Shown in pieces: positions 1 to 8,475 of a stretch of 64,000 bases of DNA (within the stretch, counting starts at the first letter, position 1; every line of letters starts with the position of its first letter). The stretch is taken from NCBI RefSeq assembly GCF_051306395.1, contig NZ_JBPPND010000071.1:1437-65436 (forward strand), in the 5' to 3' direction. Source of the DNA: Methyloceanibacter sp. GTDB lineage: Bacteria; Pseudomonadota; Alphaproteobacteria; Rhizobiales; Methyloligellaceae. Made by a program: the position numbers and the translations under genes. A model generated the notes under the pieces. That model saw nothing but the letters and a program-made list of their open reading frames with translations, did not search any database and was not told where the DNA came from.

Positions 1-2
1 CC

Positions 3-593
3 GCACTCGACGACACCGCTCAAGGCACGGTCGCCATCCAGGTGATCGTGCGATCTTCGCCTCCGCCTTTCGTCCAAGCCGCCATGCTGCCCCAAGCCGC
101 AGTCGCGGAAGGCGAAGGAGACATGGATGAAGCCGGGTGGGCCGTGCCGGAGACCGAAGAGATTACCGGCGCTTTGCCGGACATCCCGGAACAGGCCGCA
201 GTGGCCGAGGAAGCGCCGCTGATGGAGCAAGCGGCATTGTCCGAGCCAGTCGAGGCTGCGCTGCCGGCGGAGTCCGCCGCGCCGGTCGTCGCCCCGGAAG
301 CCGCCCTCGTCGAAGACGCGCCCGCGCCGGTGATAGAAGAGGATGTGGAACTAAGCACGGTAGCCAGCATCGAGACGGATGAGCCGGACTTCATGCCGGA
401 TGTCGTCCCGCGCCCGTTCCGCAAGCCGCCACTCACCGTTGTCGTGGAGCCGCAAGCGAAACCAAAGCCTGCGCCACAGCCGCGGGTCACTCAGTCTCGG
501 GCGCGCGCGCCCGCGAAGCCGAAGTTCAAGGGTCTCCTTGGTGGCACGAGGGCCACCCCCATGGCGGAGTTCCCGTTCGGCGCGGGACGTTGA
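3..593 (+). CDS. 3' end of a CDS truncated by the window edge; acidic Ala/Pro/Glu-rich linker with a basic C-terminus; function unknown
   Basis: Frame is open from base 3 (ALDDTAQGTVAIQVIVRSSPP...) to TGA at 593; host-like codon use. Confidence 0.6.
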   Translation, partial: ALDDTAQGTVAIQVIVRSSPPPFVQAAMLPQAAVAEGEGDMDEAGWAVPETEEITGALPDIPEQAAVAEEAPLMEQAALSEPVEAALPAESAAPVVAPEAALVEDAPAPVIEEDVELSTVASIETDEPDFMPDVVPRPFRKPPLTVVVEPQAKPKPAPQPRVTQSRARAPAKPKFKGLLGGTRATPMAEFPFGAGR

Positions 594-609
594 TTTTTTC
601 GCGAGGGGC

Positions 610-2565
610 CTACGCGGCGGTAGAGCGCCGGCCGCGGATCGGCGTGATCTTGCCGCCTGAAGCGGGTTTCTGCTTGGCGTGGTTCTCGGCCGCTTCGGGA
701 TGACCGTAGAGAAAGCCCTGAACCTGAGAGCAGCCGAACTTCCGCAGCATTTGGGCTTGCTCCGGAGTCTCCACGCCTTCGGCCGTGATGGTCACGTCGA
801 GCGATTTGCCGAGGGCGATGATGGTCTTGACGATGGCGCGCATCGCTGGGTCGCGCGTCATGTTGCGAATGAACTGGCGGTCGATCTTGATCTTCGAGAA
901 GGGGAAGCGCGCCAGATAGCTCAAGCTCGAATAGCCGGTGCCGAAATCGTCCATGGCGATCTTCACGCCCAGCTCGCGCAAACGGTTCAACTTGCTCAAC
1001 ACCTCCTCGGTGTCGTTGATGAGGAGGTTCTCGGTGATCTCAAGTTCCAGACGCCGCGCGGGCAGCCCGGTCTCATGGAGGATGTCGGCGACCGTCTCGG
1101 CGATGTCGCTGTCGCGGAACTGCGCCGGCGACAGATTCACCGCGACGGTCAGGTGTTCTGGCCACGTCACCGCATCGAAGCAGGCCCGGCGCAGCACCCA
1201 TTCGCCGATCGGCACGATCAGCCCGGTCTCCTCGGCGACCGAGATAAAGTGACCCGGCGCGATTTTGCCGTGGACGGGGTGATGCCAGCGAATTAGCGCT
1301 TCGGAGCCGCATTGCGCCTCGTTCGCGAGGTTGAATTGCGGCTGGTAGACGACCTGGAACTCTTCGCGCCCGAGCGCCAGGCGAAGCTCGTGTTCGACCG
1401 TGCGCCGGCGCTGAAGCGCCTTGTCCATGCTCTCCTCAAAGAAGCACATGCGCTGGCCGCCGTCGCCTTTGGCCCGGGAGAGGGCGATGGTGGCGTGGCG
1501 CAGCACGGTGGCGGCCGTATCGCCGTCGGCCGGAGCCAAGGCGATGCCCACGCTGGTCGTCAGCAGGATCTCCTTGCCGTTCACGTCGAATGGCAACCGC
1601 AACGCCGTGACCAGCCTGTTCATAAAGGCCATCACGTCGCCGAGATTGGTGATGTCCACGAGCGCGATGGCGAACTCGTCTGCGCCGAGCCGTGCGATGA
1701 CGTCGCGCCCTCGTAGCGTGGCCTTGATCCGGCTTCCCATCTCGCGCAGCACTTGGTCGCCACCGCCGTGGTCGGAGGCGTCGTTGATTTCCTTGAACTT
1801 GTCGATGTCGAGACAGATCACGGCGATGTGCGTGTTCTCTCGCTTCATGCGGATTATGGCCTCGCCAAGGCTGTCCGCGAACGCCCTGCGGTTGGCGAGC
1901 CCGGTCAGCGCATCATGGCTCTGCAGATAGCGAACCTGCTCTTGGGCCTGTAGCCGCTCTTGGCTGCGCATCCAGGCGAAGGCGACGGGCGTGGCGACAC
2001 CGATGCCCAGAAGAATGAGGTTCACTAGCGCGATGAGGCCGAAATAGCCCGAGAGGACATTCGCCTGATCGCTCTGGTCCAAATAGACGTAAAGCGTCCC
2101 GCGCGCGTTCGCGTTGAGATCGATGGGCAGGCGAAGCAACGCCAAATGTGCCGGGCCGTCTTCCGTGTGCCCGGTGTAAAGGCCGACGACCGCCCCTTCC
2201 TGAACCGGGTTCTGCGTCACGTCGACGACGTCGTTGAGCTCGAGACTGGCCTGGCCGCTGGTGAACACGAGCCGCCCTTTGGCGTCGTAGAGCTCGTAGC
2301 GCAGGATGCGGGTGGCGTACCCGGCGTCCTTGAATATCTCGCTGAGCTGCGGTGCCGCTCCGGGGACCGTGAGCGCATTCAGAACGATCTGCGGGTCTTC
2401 GAGGAGGCGGGTGAAAATCCGATCCTCGGCCACGAGCGCTTCACGCTCGAGCTCCAAGTGACTCACCCGACTCGGCGCGAGAAACGCCGTCACGGCGATC
2501 AGCGCCGACAACAGCGCTAGCCCCAGCCAGTGCCAATATTTTTTCAGCGATTCCTTGAGCAACAT
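610..2565 (-). CDS. Membrane-anchored diguanylate cyclase/phosphodiesterase (GGDEF + EAL)
   Basis: Two TM segments; HDALTGLANR, DIDKFKEIND, RGRD-x5-GADEF, EALIRW and DDFGTGYSSL motifs; start placed at ATG 2565 (MLLKESLKKYW). Confidence 0.92.
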   Translation of the reverse strand: MLLKESLKKYWHWLGLALLSALIAVTAFLAPSRVSHLELEREALVAEDRIFTRLLEDPQIVLNALTVPGAAPQLSEIFKDAGYATRILRYELYDAKGRLVFTSGQASLELNDVVDVTQNPVQEGAVVGLYTGHTEDGPAHLALLRLPIDLNANARGTLYVYLDQSDQANVLSGYFGLIALVNLILLGIGVATPVAFAWMRSQERLQAQEQVRYLQSHDALTGLANRRAFADSLGEAIIRMKRENTHIAVICLDIDKFKEINDASDHGGGDQVLREMGSRIKATLRGRDVIARLGADEFAIALVDITNLGDVMAFMNRLVTALRLPFDVNGKEILLTTSVGIALAPADGDTAATVLRHATIALSRAKGDGGQRMCFFEESMDKALQRRRTVEHELRLALGREEFQVVYQPQFNLANEAQCGSEALIRWHHPVHGKIAPGHFISVAEETGLIVPIGEWVLRRACFDAVTWPEHLTVAVNLSPAQFRDSDIAETVADILHETGLPARRLELEITENLLINDTEEVLSKLNRLRELGVKIAMDDFGTGYSSLSYLARFPFSKIKIDRQFIRNMTRDPAMRAIVKTIIALGKSLDVTITAEGVETPEQAQMLRKFGCSQVQGFLYGHPEAAENHAKQKPASGGKITPIRGRRSTAA

Positions 2566-2767
2566 AAAGTACCGCAGTGAACGACAACGGGCTAGGCCAC
2601 TGATCCCTGGGCTAAAACTACCGTGCCGCAGGTTAAGAAACGCCATAGGCGGAGAGATCGCTGTCGAGATCGCGCCCTCAGGCAGAGGCCGGGCCTTCCG
2701 AATTCCCGGAATGGCCGGGAATCTTAGCATTTTTGTTGCCGGAGGAGTATCTTAACCGTGAACGAAC

Positions 2768-3772
2768 TTAGCCGCCCGTGGCCGACATATGGCGCGAAAG
2801 GGCGGGGGCCGAGTCCCGGTCGATGACGAAATCGTGGCCTTTGGGCTTGCGCGTAATGGCCTCGTCGATTGCGGCATGGAGCTGCGTGTCCGAACCGCTC
2901 GCGCGCATCGGCGTCCGCAGGTCGGCGGCGTCGTCTTGGCCGAGGCACATATACAGTGTGCCGGTGCATGTGACCCGGACACGGTTGCAGGCCTCGCAGA
3001 AATTGTGGCTCATCGGCGTGATGAAGCCGAGCCGGCCGCCGGTCTCTGCCACGCGCACATAGCGCGCCGGGCCTCCGGTCTTGTCGGGAATATCGTCCAG
3101 CGTGAAGTGCTGGGAGAGCCGTGCCCGCACCAGCGATAGCGGCAGGTACTGATCCGTGCGGTCCGCCTCGATCTCCCCCAAGGGCATCGTCTCGATCAGA
3201 GTCAAGTCGAAGCCCCGGCCGTGCGTCCAGTGCAGGAGATCCTCGATCTCGTCCTCGTTCATGTCCCGCAGCGCCACGGTATTGATCTTGATCTTCAGTC
3301 CGGCGCGCGCGGCGGCGTCGATGCCCCGCATCACTTGGCTAAAATCACCCCAGCGGGTGAGCACGCGGAACTTGGCTTCATCGAGTGTGTCCAGCGAAAC
3401 ATTGATGCGCTTAATGCCGAGCCCCGCGAGCGCGTCCGCGTATCGAGAGAGCTGGCTGCCATTGGTGGTGAGCGTCAGCTCGTCGAGCCCGTCTCCGAGA
3501 TGGCGCGACAGAGCCTCGATGAGCCACAGGATGTTCCGTCGCACCAGCGGCTCGCCGCCGGTAAGCCGCAGTTTGCGCACGCCACGTGCGATGAAAGCGC
3601 TCGCGAGCCGGTCGATCTCCTCCAGGCTGAGGAGCTCTTTCCGCGGCACAAAGGTCATGTCCTCCGCCATACAATAGGTGCAGCGGAAGTCGCAGCGATC
3701 GGTGACCGATACACGCAAATAGGTGATGGCGCGGCCGAACTGGTCGACTAGGCGGGCGGAGGGGATATTCAT
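2768..3772 (-). CDS. moaA: GTP 3',8-cyclase (molybdopterin biosynthesis)
   Basis: [45 protein letters not shown] and C-terminal MSATGG. Confidence 0.96.
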   Translation of the reverse strand: MNIPSARLVDQFGRAITYLRVSVTDRCDFRCTYCMAEDMTFVPRKELLSLEEIDRLASAFIARGVRKLRLTGGEPLVRRNILWLIEALSRHLGDGLDELTLTTNGSQLSRYADALAGLGIKRINVSLDTLDEAKFRVLTRWGDFSQVMRGIDAAARAGLKIKINTVALRDMNEDEIEDLLHWTHGRGFDLTLIETMPLGEIEADRTDQYLPLSLVRARLSQHFTLDDIPDKTGGPARYVRVAETGGRLGFITPMSHNFCEACNRVRVTCTGTLYMCLGQDDAADLRTPMRASGSDTQLHAAIDEAITRKPKGHDFVIDRDSAPALSRHMSATGG

Positions 3773-3913
3773 CTATGCGTCTTCGTCCTCGATCGCCTGC
3801 GCCTTGTTGCGGCTATAGGCCTTGGCGCTCTTAACCACCCGGATGTGGTAGCGGGGGTCCGCAAGCGCCGCGGCAGGCGCGCTCCGGCGTTTGATCGTGT
3901 TTTTCCGCTTCAT
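3773..3913 (-). CDS. Small basic protein resembling ribosome-rescue factor ArfA
   Basis: AALADPRYHIRVVKSAKAYSRNK; possible starts at 3913 or 3970; TAG directly abuts the moaA ATG. Confidence 0.5.
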   Translation of the reverse strand: MKRKNTIKRRSAPAAALADPRYHIRVVKSAKAYSRNKAQAIEDEDA

Positions 3914-4052
3914 CGTCCCGGCTCGCGTTTTCTGTCCGGCGCTGCCCTTGCCTTGTGAGGTAACCGCCATGGGATTTTATCTCTGGTATTGTCTCTAATA
4001 TATAGTCTTTTGCTTGTCATATCACGGCATGGAACGTCAAAGGGAGGCCGCT

Positions 4053-4247
4053 ATGGATGAGGATCGCTTCAATATGTCGATGCGGAAGTTTCTGAAGGAG
4101 GTCGGCGTAACCTCACAGCAGGCCATTGAACGCGTGGTCCGCGAGGAGGGGCTCGGCGGCAAGGGCAAGCTCAAAGTGAAGATGGTGCTCACAGCCGAAG
4201 GCGCACCGCTCGACCACGAGGTCGAGGGCGAGATCGACCTCGGCTAG
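4053..4247 (+). CDS. Small conserved hypothetical protein (DUF6494-like)
   Basis: MDEDRFNMSMRKFLKEVGVTSQQAIE; GGGAGG RBS upstream of ATG 4053. Confidence 0.75.
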   Translation: MDEDRFNMSMRKFLKEVGVTSQQAIERVVREEGLGGKGKLKVKMVLTAEGAPLDHEVEGEIDLG

Positions 4248-4265
4248 CGCTCGGCGAGCAGGCAC

Positions 4266-4619
4266 ATGACGCAAGCGTGGCCCACGGAGCTCAAGCTCGA
4301 CGCCGAGAAGCGCACGCTTCAAGTGAGCTTCGATGATGGCGAGAGCTTTGCGCTGCCCGCGGAGATGCTGCGGGTCTTGAGCCCGAGCGCGGAGGTGCAA
4401 GGCCATAGCCCGGAGCAGCGCGTGACCGTGCCGGGCAAAAAGAATGTTCGCATCACGCAGCTTACGCCGGTCGGAAATTACGCGATACGCATCGCCTTCG
4501 ACGACGGCCACGACACAGGGCTTTATGTCTGGGATTATCTGCGTGACCTCGGCGAGAACCAGGACGCGCGCTTCCAGAGCTATCTCGACGAGCTGGCCGC
4601 CAAGGGTCTTACGCGCTAG
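4266..4619 (+). CDS. DUF971 / gamma-butyrobetaine hydroxylase N-terminal-like protein
   Basis: LRVLSPSAEVQGH...VGNYAIRIAFDDGHDTGLYVWDYL. Confidence 0.85.
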   Translation: MTQAWPTELKLDAEKRTLQVSFDDGESFALPAEMLRVLSPSAEVQGHSPEQRVTVPGKKNVRITQLTPVGNYAIRIAFDDGHDTGLYVWDYLRDLGENQDARFQSYLDELAAKGLTR

Positions 4620-4739
4620 AGGTCGAGTCTCTCCTTTGGCCAGCAGGGCGGCATGAAGCTTAGTGCCCATTCAAGCCGCCGAGTCCCCATCTTTGCTTTG
4701 CTTTCAAACTTGTGCGCTCCCGCGCGAGGGTCGCTCGCG

Positions 4740-5936
4740 CTAAAGGGCTTGCTTGCTGGGGGACGCCGCCTCGATCGAGGGTTTCAGGCGATAGATGGCG
4801 CCGCCCTCCGCAAGGGCATAGACGTTCCCAGCGGCGTCGACACGCATGTCCCGCACGCGGCCGAGCTGGTTCTTCAAGTAATATTTTTCGCCGACGACGC
4901 AGTTGTGCTCAAGCGTCAGCTTGACGACCATCTGGGTGCCCAGCGTCCCCATCCACACCGTCGTCTGCGAGCCTTCCGTCGCCACCGCAAGTCCGCTTGG
5001 CGCGATCGAGGTCGGGACCCAGAAGTGGATGGGCTGCTCAGTGCCGGTATACTGGCTGCTCACCGCGATGGACTTGCCCATGTAGTCGGTGCCGTAGGTG
5101 GCAAGAGGCCAGCCGTAGTTCCGGCCGCGCAGCACGAGATTGAGCTCGTCGCCGCCTTGCGGTCCATGCTCGGTCTCCCACACCGCTCCGGTTGTGCGGT
5201 CGATTGCGAGTCCTTGCGGATTGCGATGGCCGTAGCTCCACATCTCCGCAAGTGCGCCCGGCATATCGATGAACGGATTGTCGTCCGGCACCGAGCCGTC
5301 GGTTCTGATGCGAATGACCGACCCCCTGTGATCTGCCAGGTTTTGAGCGCGCTCCGGCTGCCACAGGTCGCCGAGGGTGAGGAACAGATAGCCGTCGCCG
5401 GAAAGCGCGATGCGGCCGCCGATCTGGTCGGTCTTATTGCCGGGCGTGCTCTCGAAGATGACCCGTTGGTCGGCCAGCGTCTCGGCTTTCTCGTCGTAGC
5501 GGGCGCGCATCACCCTCATGGTCGATGCCTCGGTGCTGCCTTGCAGATAAGAAAAATAGATAAGGCCGTTGGTGGAGAACTCAGGATCGATCGCCACATC
5601 GAGGAGGCCGCCGTGGAGCTCGTAGAGCACGGGCGGAATGCCGGACACCTCTTTGTGGTCGGCGCCGGGCCGGGCATGCTGAAGATGACCCGACCGCTCC
5701 GTTACAAGAAACGATCCATCCGGTAGAAAGCCGAATGACCACGGCGCTCGAAACGGGCCCGTGACCTGGACGGCGACGAGTTCCAGCCCGTCGGCCAGGA
5801 CAATTCCCGGATCGCCCGGCGCTGGAATGGTCTGGGTGCTGGTCGCTGGGCAGCGATGGATATCGGCAGCGTGGGCCGAAACGACCGGCATGGCAAAAAC
5901 GGCTAGAAGCGCGACATGCAGTGATTGACGCCCCAT
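4740..5936 (-). CDS. PQQ-dependent sugar dehydrogenase (glucose/sorbosone dehydrogenase, YliI-like), exported
   Basis: Signal peptide from ATG 5936; PWSFGFLPDG, GGLLDVAIDP, YGHRNPQG, EHGPQGGDELN and NYGWP motifs. Confidence 0.88.
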   Translation of the reverse strand: MGRQSLHVALLAVFAMPVVSAHAADIHRCPATSTQTIPAPGDPGIVLADGLELVAVQVTGPFRAPWSFGFLPDGSFLVTERSGHLQHARPGADHKEVSGIPPVLYELHGGLLDVAIDPEFSTNGLIYFSYLQGSTEASTMRVMRARYDEKAETLADQRVIFESTPGNKTDQIGGRIALSGDGYLFLTLGDLWQPERAQNLADHRGSVIRIRTDGSVPDDNPFIDMPGALAEMWSYGHRNPQGLAIDRTTGAVWETEHGPQGGDELNLVLRGRNYGWPLATYGTDYMGKSIAVSSQYTGTEQPIHFWVPTSIAPSGLAVATEGSQTTVWMGTLGTQMVVKLTLEHNCVVGEKYYLKNQLGRVRDMRVDAAGNVYALAEGGAIYRLKPSIEAASPSKQAL

Positions 5937-6150
5937 ATATGATCCCTTTGAAGGTGACGGCGATTGGGTAATCTGCCGATCGACGTTTGAGCAGTGCCAA
6001 AATATAGCAGTCTTCATGACAGTCCATGTGGGCTCTTCATGAAGATGTCGCATGGGCCGGCAGTAGAGTGTCGCAAAAACGTGATGCTCCAAGCGCAAAT
6101 AGGGCCGTGCCGCCGACGCGGCGATTCGTAGCAAAGTTAGGGAGAAGGCT

Positions 6151-7494
6151 TTGACAAACCAGGTAGATCACAGCGCGCCCGCGTTGCCGCCTGGTCTTCT
6201 CTGGCGCGCCCTCCACGCGGTTAGGCGCGGGCTACGCGAGCTTGCCGCACGGCTTTGGTCGTCGCTGTGGCAGGTCGTGATCGTGGCCGTGATCATGGCC
6301 GCGCTGGTGGCCTTGGGCGACCTCTCGGTAGGGCTGGCTTTGATCGCGTTCGCGAGCTTCGTGGCCTCCGTCGCGCTGCTTCCGCGCCAGGACGTGGATC
6401 CCCTGCTCGAAGCGGAACTCAGGCCGTCCCCGGTCTCGGGCCGCTCGCGCTCCGCCATGCATGTCATGGCCGAGGCGCTGCCCGATCCCGTCATTCTGCT
6501 CAATCGCACCGGCCAGGTGCTCTCCTGCAATGCGCCGGCCCGGGGCCTCTTCGCCTCCCTGCGCGAAGGCAGCCACATCTCCTCGGTGATCCGCACGCCG
6601 GAGTTCCTCGACGCCGTCAGCGCCGCCCCGAAGAGCAGGCGCTCCGTGACCGTCATCTATGCCGAGCGCGTTCCGGTCGGCCGTCGCATGGAGGTGACCG
6701 TGGCGCCGCTCACGCGGGGGTCCGAGCGCGACGGCAATATTCTCGTGCTCCTGCGCGATCTTACCGAGGGCGAGCGCATCAATCAGATGCGGGCGGACTT
6801 CATCGCCAATGCCAGCCATGAGCTCCGCACGCCGCTGTCATCGCTGCGCGGCTTCATCGAGACGCTGCAAGGCACGGCCAAGGAAGACCCCGGGGCACGC
6901 GAACGATTCTTGCCCATCATGGCGGAGCAGGCCTCGCGCATGACCCGTCTGATCGATGCGCTGCTGTCCCTGAGCCGGGTCGAGATGAATGCCCACGTGC
7001 CGCCGAGTAATCTCGTCGACCTCAACGACGTCCTCGGACATGCGCGCGACACTCTGGAGCGGATCGCGACCGACAGCGGTATGACGCTGGAGGTTGAGCG
7101 CTTCCCCAAGGCGGCGATCGTGCGCGGGGACCGCGACGAGCTCCTCCAAGTCCTCCAGAACTTGGTGCAGAACGCGCTGAAATACGGCAATTCCGGCGGC
7201 CATGTCCGCATTGAAGCCAAGCACATTCCCTCGCTCGGCCGCCAGACCCGCGGCCGCTATGCCATCTCGGTCGTGGACGACGGTCCCGGAATCGCGGCCG
7301 AACATCTGCCGCGGCTCACCGAGCGGTTCTATCGTGTGGACGTGGATTCCAGCCGCGAGAAGGGCGGCACCGGTCTCGGCCTCGCCATCGTCAAGCACAT
7401 CTTGAACCGCCATCGCGGCGAGCTCGCCGTCGCCTCCAAGCCCGGCAAAGGCTCCACCTTCACGGTAATGCTGAACGAGGCCCACGCCGGCTGA
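6151..7494 (+). CDS. phoR: Phosphate regulon sensor histidine kinase
   Basis: DFIANASHELRTPL H-box, NLVQNALKY, DDGPGI...RFYRVD...GGTGLGLAIVKH; upstream of pstSCAB-phoUB. Confidence 0.9.
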   Translation: MTNQVDHSAPALPPGLLWRALHAVRRGLRELAARLWSSLWQVVIVAVIMAALVALGDLSVGLALIAFASFVASVALLPRQDVDPLLEAELRPSPVSGRSRSAMHVMAEALPDPVILLNRTGQVLSCNAPARGLFASLREGSHISSVIRTPEFLDAVSAAPKSRRSVTVIYAERVPVGRRMEVTVAPLTRGSERDGNILVLLRDLTEGERINQMRADFIANASHELRTPLSSLRGFIETLQGTAKEDPGARERFLPIMAEQASRMTRLIDALLSLSRVEMNAHVPPSNLVDLNDVLGHARDTLERIATDSGMTLEVERFPKAAIVRGDRDELLQVLQNLVQNALKYGNSGGHVRIEAKHIPSLGRQTRGRYAISVVDDGPGIAAEHLPRLTERFYRVDVDSSREKGGTGLGLAIVKHILNRHRGELAVASKPGKGSTFTVMLNEAHAG

Positions 7495-7505
7495 CGAGCG
7501 GCCAG

Positions 7506-8177
7506 CTAGATCGCGTCGAGATCGACGCTGATGGCTTCCTTCTCGGTCGCGTCTTTGCGCTCGCTATAGCGGTCCGTGAGGTAGTCCGAGATGCCGCGCG
7601 TCAACAGCGTGAACTTCATCAACTCCTCCATCACATCCACGACGCGATCGTAAAAGGCCGAGGGCTTCATCCGGCCCGCCTCATCGAACTGTTCATAGGC
7701 CTTGGCCACCGACGACTGATTGGGAATGGTGATCATCCGCATCCATCGGCCGAGCACGCGAAGCTGGTTGATAGCATTGAACGACTGAGAGCCGCCGCTA
7801 ACCTGCATCACGGCGAGGGTCTTCCCCTGAGTTGGCCTGACCGAGCCGAGCGTGAGCGGAATCCAATCGATCTGCGCCTTCATGATGCCGGTCATCGACC
7901 CGTGACGCTCCGGGCTGCACCAGACATGCCCTTCGGACCAGGCGGACAACTCGCGCAGTTCTTGAACCTTGGGGTGTGTCTCCGGCGCATCGTCCGGGAG
8001 CGGCAATCCCGAGGGGTTGAAGATCTTGACCTCGGCCCCGAACGCTTCGAGAAGCCGGGCCGCCTCAAAAGTGAGAAAGCGGCTGTAGGAGCGTTGGCGC
8101 AGAGACCCGTACAGCAGGAGCAAGCGGGGCGGGTGTGAGGGCCAGCGCGGCGTCCTTAGCAAACGGTGATCCGGCAT
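7506..8177 (-). CDS. arsH: Arsenical resistance NADPH-dependent FMN reductase / organoarsenical oxidase
   Basis: [56 protein letters not shown] and [10 protein letters not shown] motifs. Confidence 0.95.
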   Translation of the reverse strand: MPDHRLLRTPRWPSHPPRLLLLYGSLRQRSYSRFLTFEAARLLEAFGAEVKIFNPSGLPLPDDAPETHPKVQELRELSAWSEGHVWCSPERHGSMTGIMKAQIDWIPLTLGSVRPTQGKTLAVMQVSGGSQSFNAINQLRVLGRWMRMITIPNQSSVAKAYEQFDEAGRMKPSAFYDRVVDVMEELMKFTLLTRGISDYLTDRYSERKDATEKEAISVDLDAI

Positions 8178-8232
8178 AGCCAGCGCGGACTCAAGGACGT
8201 TGGGAAGGTCGCGCGGAGCGGCGGAGATTGTA

Positions 8233-8254
8233 TCGATATTTCCAGAAATATAGA
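8233..8254. promoter_or_regulatory. Palindromic operator-like site upstream of arsH
   Basis: TCGATATTTC-CA-GAAATATAGA, 9/10 inverted repeat with a perfect ATATTTC/GAAATAT core. Confidence 0.5.
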
Positions 8255-8340
8255 CATATCGACAATCGGGTCAACCCGACTCGGTTCGCTCCAGAAGGTC
8301 CTGTTTTCCACAGGGATTTCCAACAAATACCTATGCATAA

Positions 8341-8392
8341 CAGTCACATAAACTGTCATAAAGTCGAATCATCGCTGTCATAAAACAATGAT
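8341..8392 (+). promoter_or_regulatory. Pho boxes (PhoB sites) upstream of pstS
   Basis: CTGTCATAAA at 8353 and 8375 (22 bp apart, i.e. 2 x 11) plus a degenerate CAGTCAC at 8341. Confidence 0.75.
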
Positions 8393-8475
8393 GCCTGGGG
8401 ACTAGCGTGCCCGCGAGCTGGCGGCGTTACTCGCGCTGGCGGAGGCTCACATCCAATTCCTCAAGGGAGAGCAAA

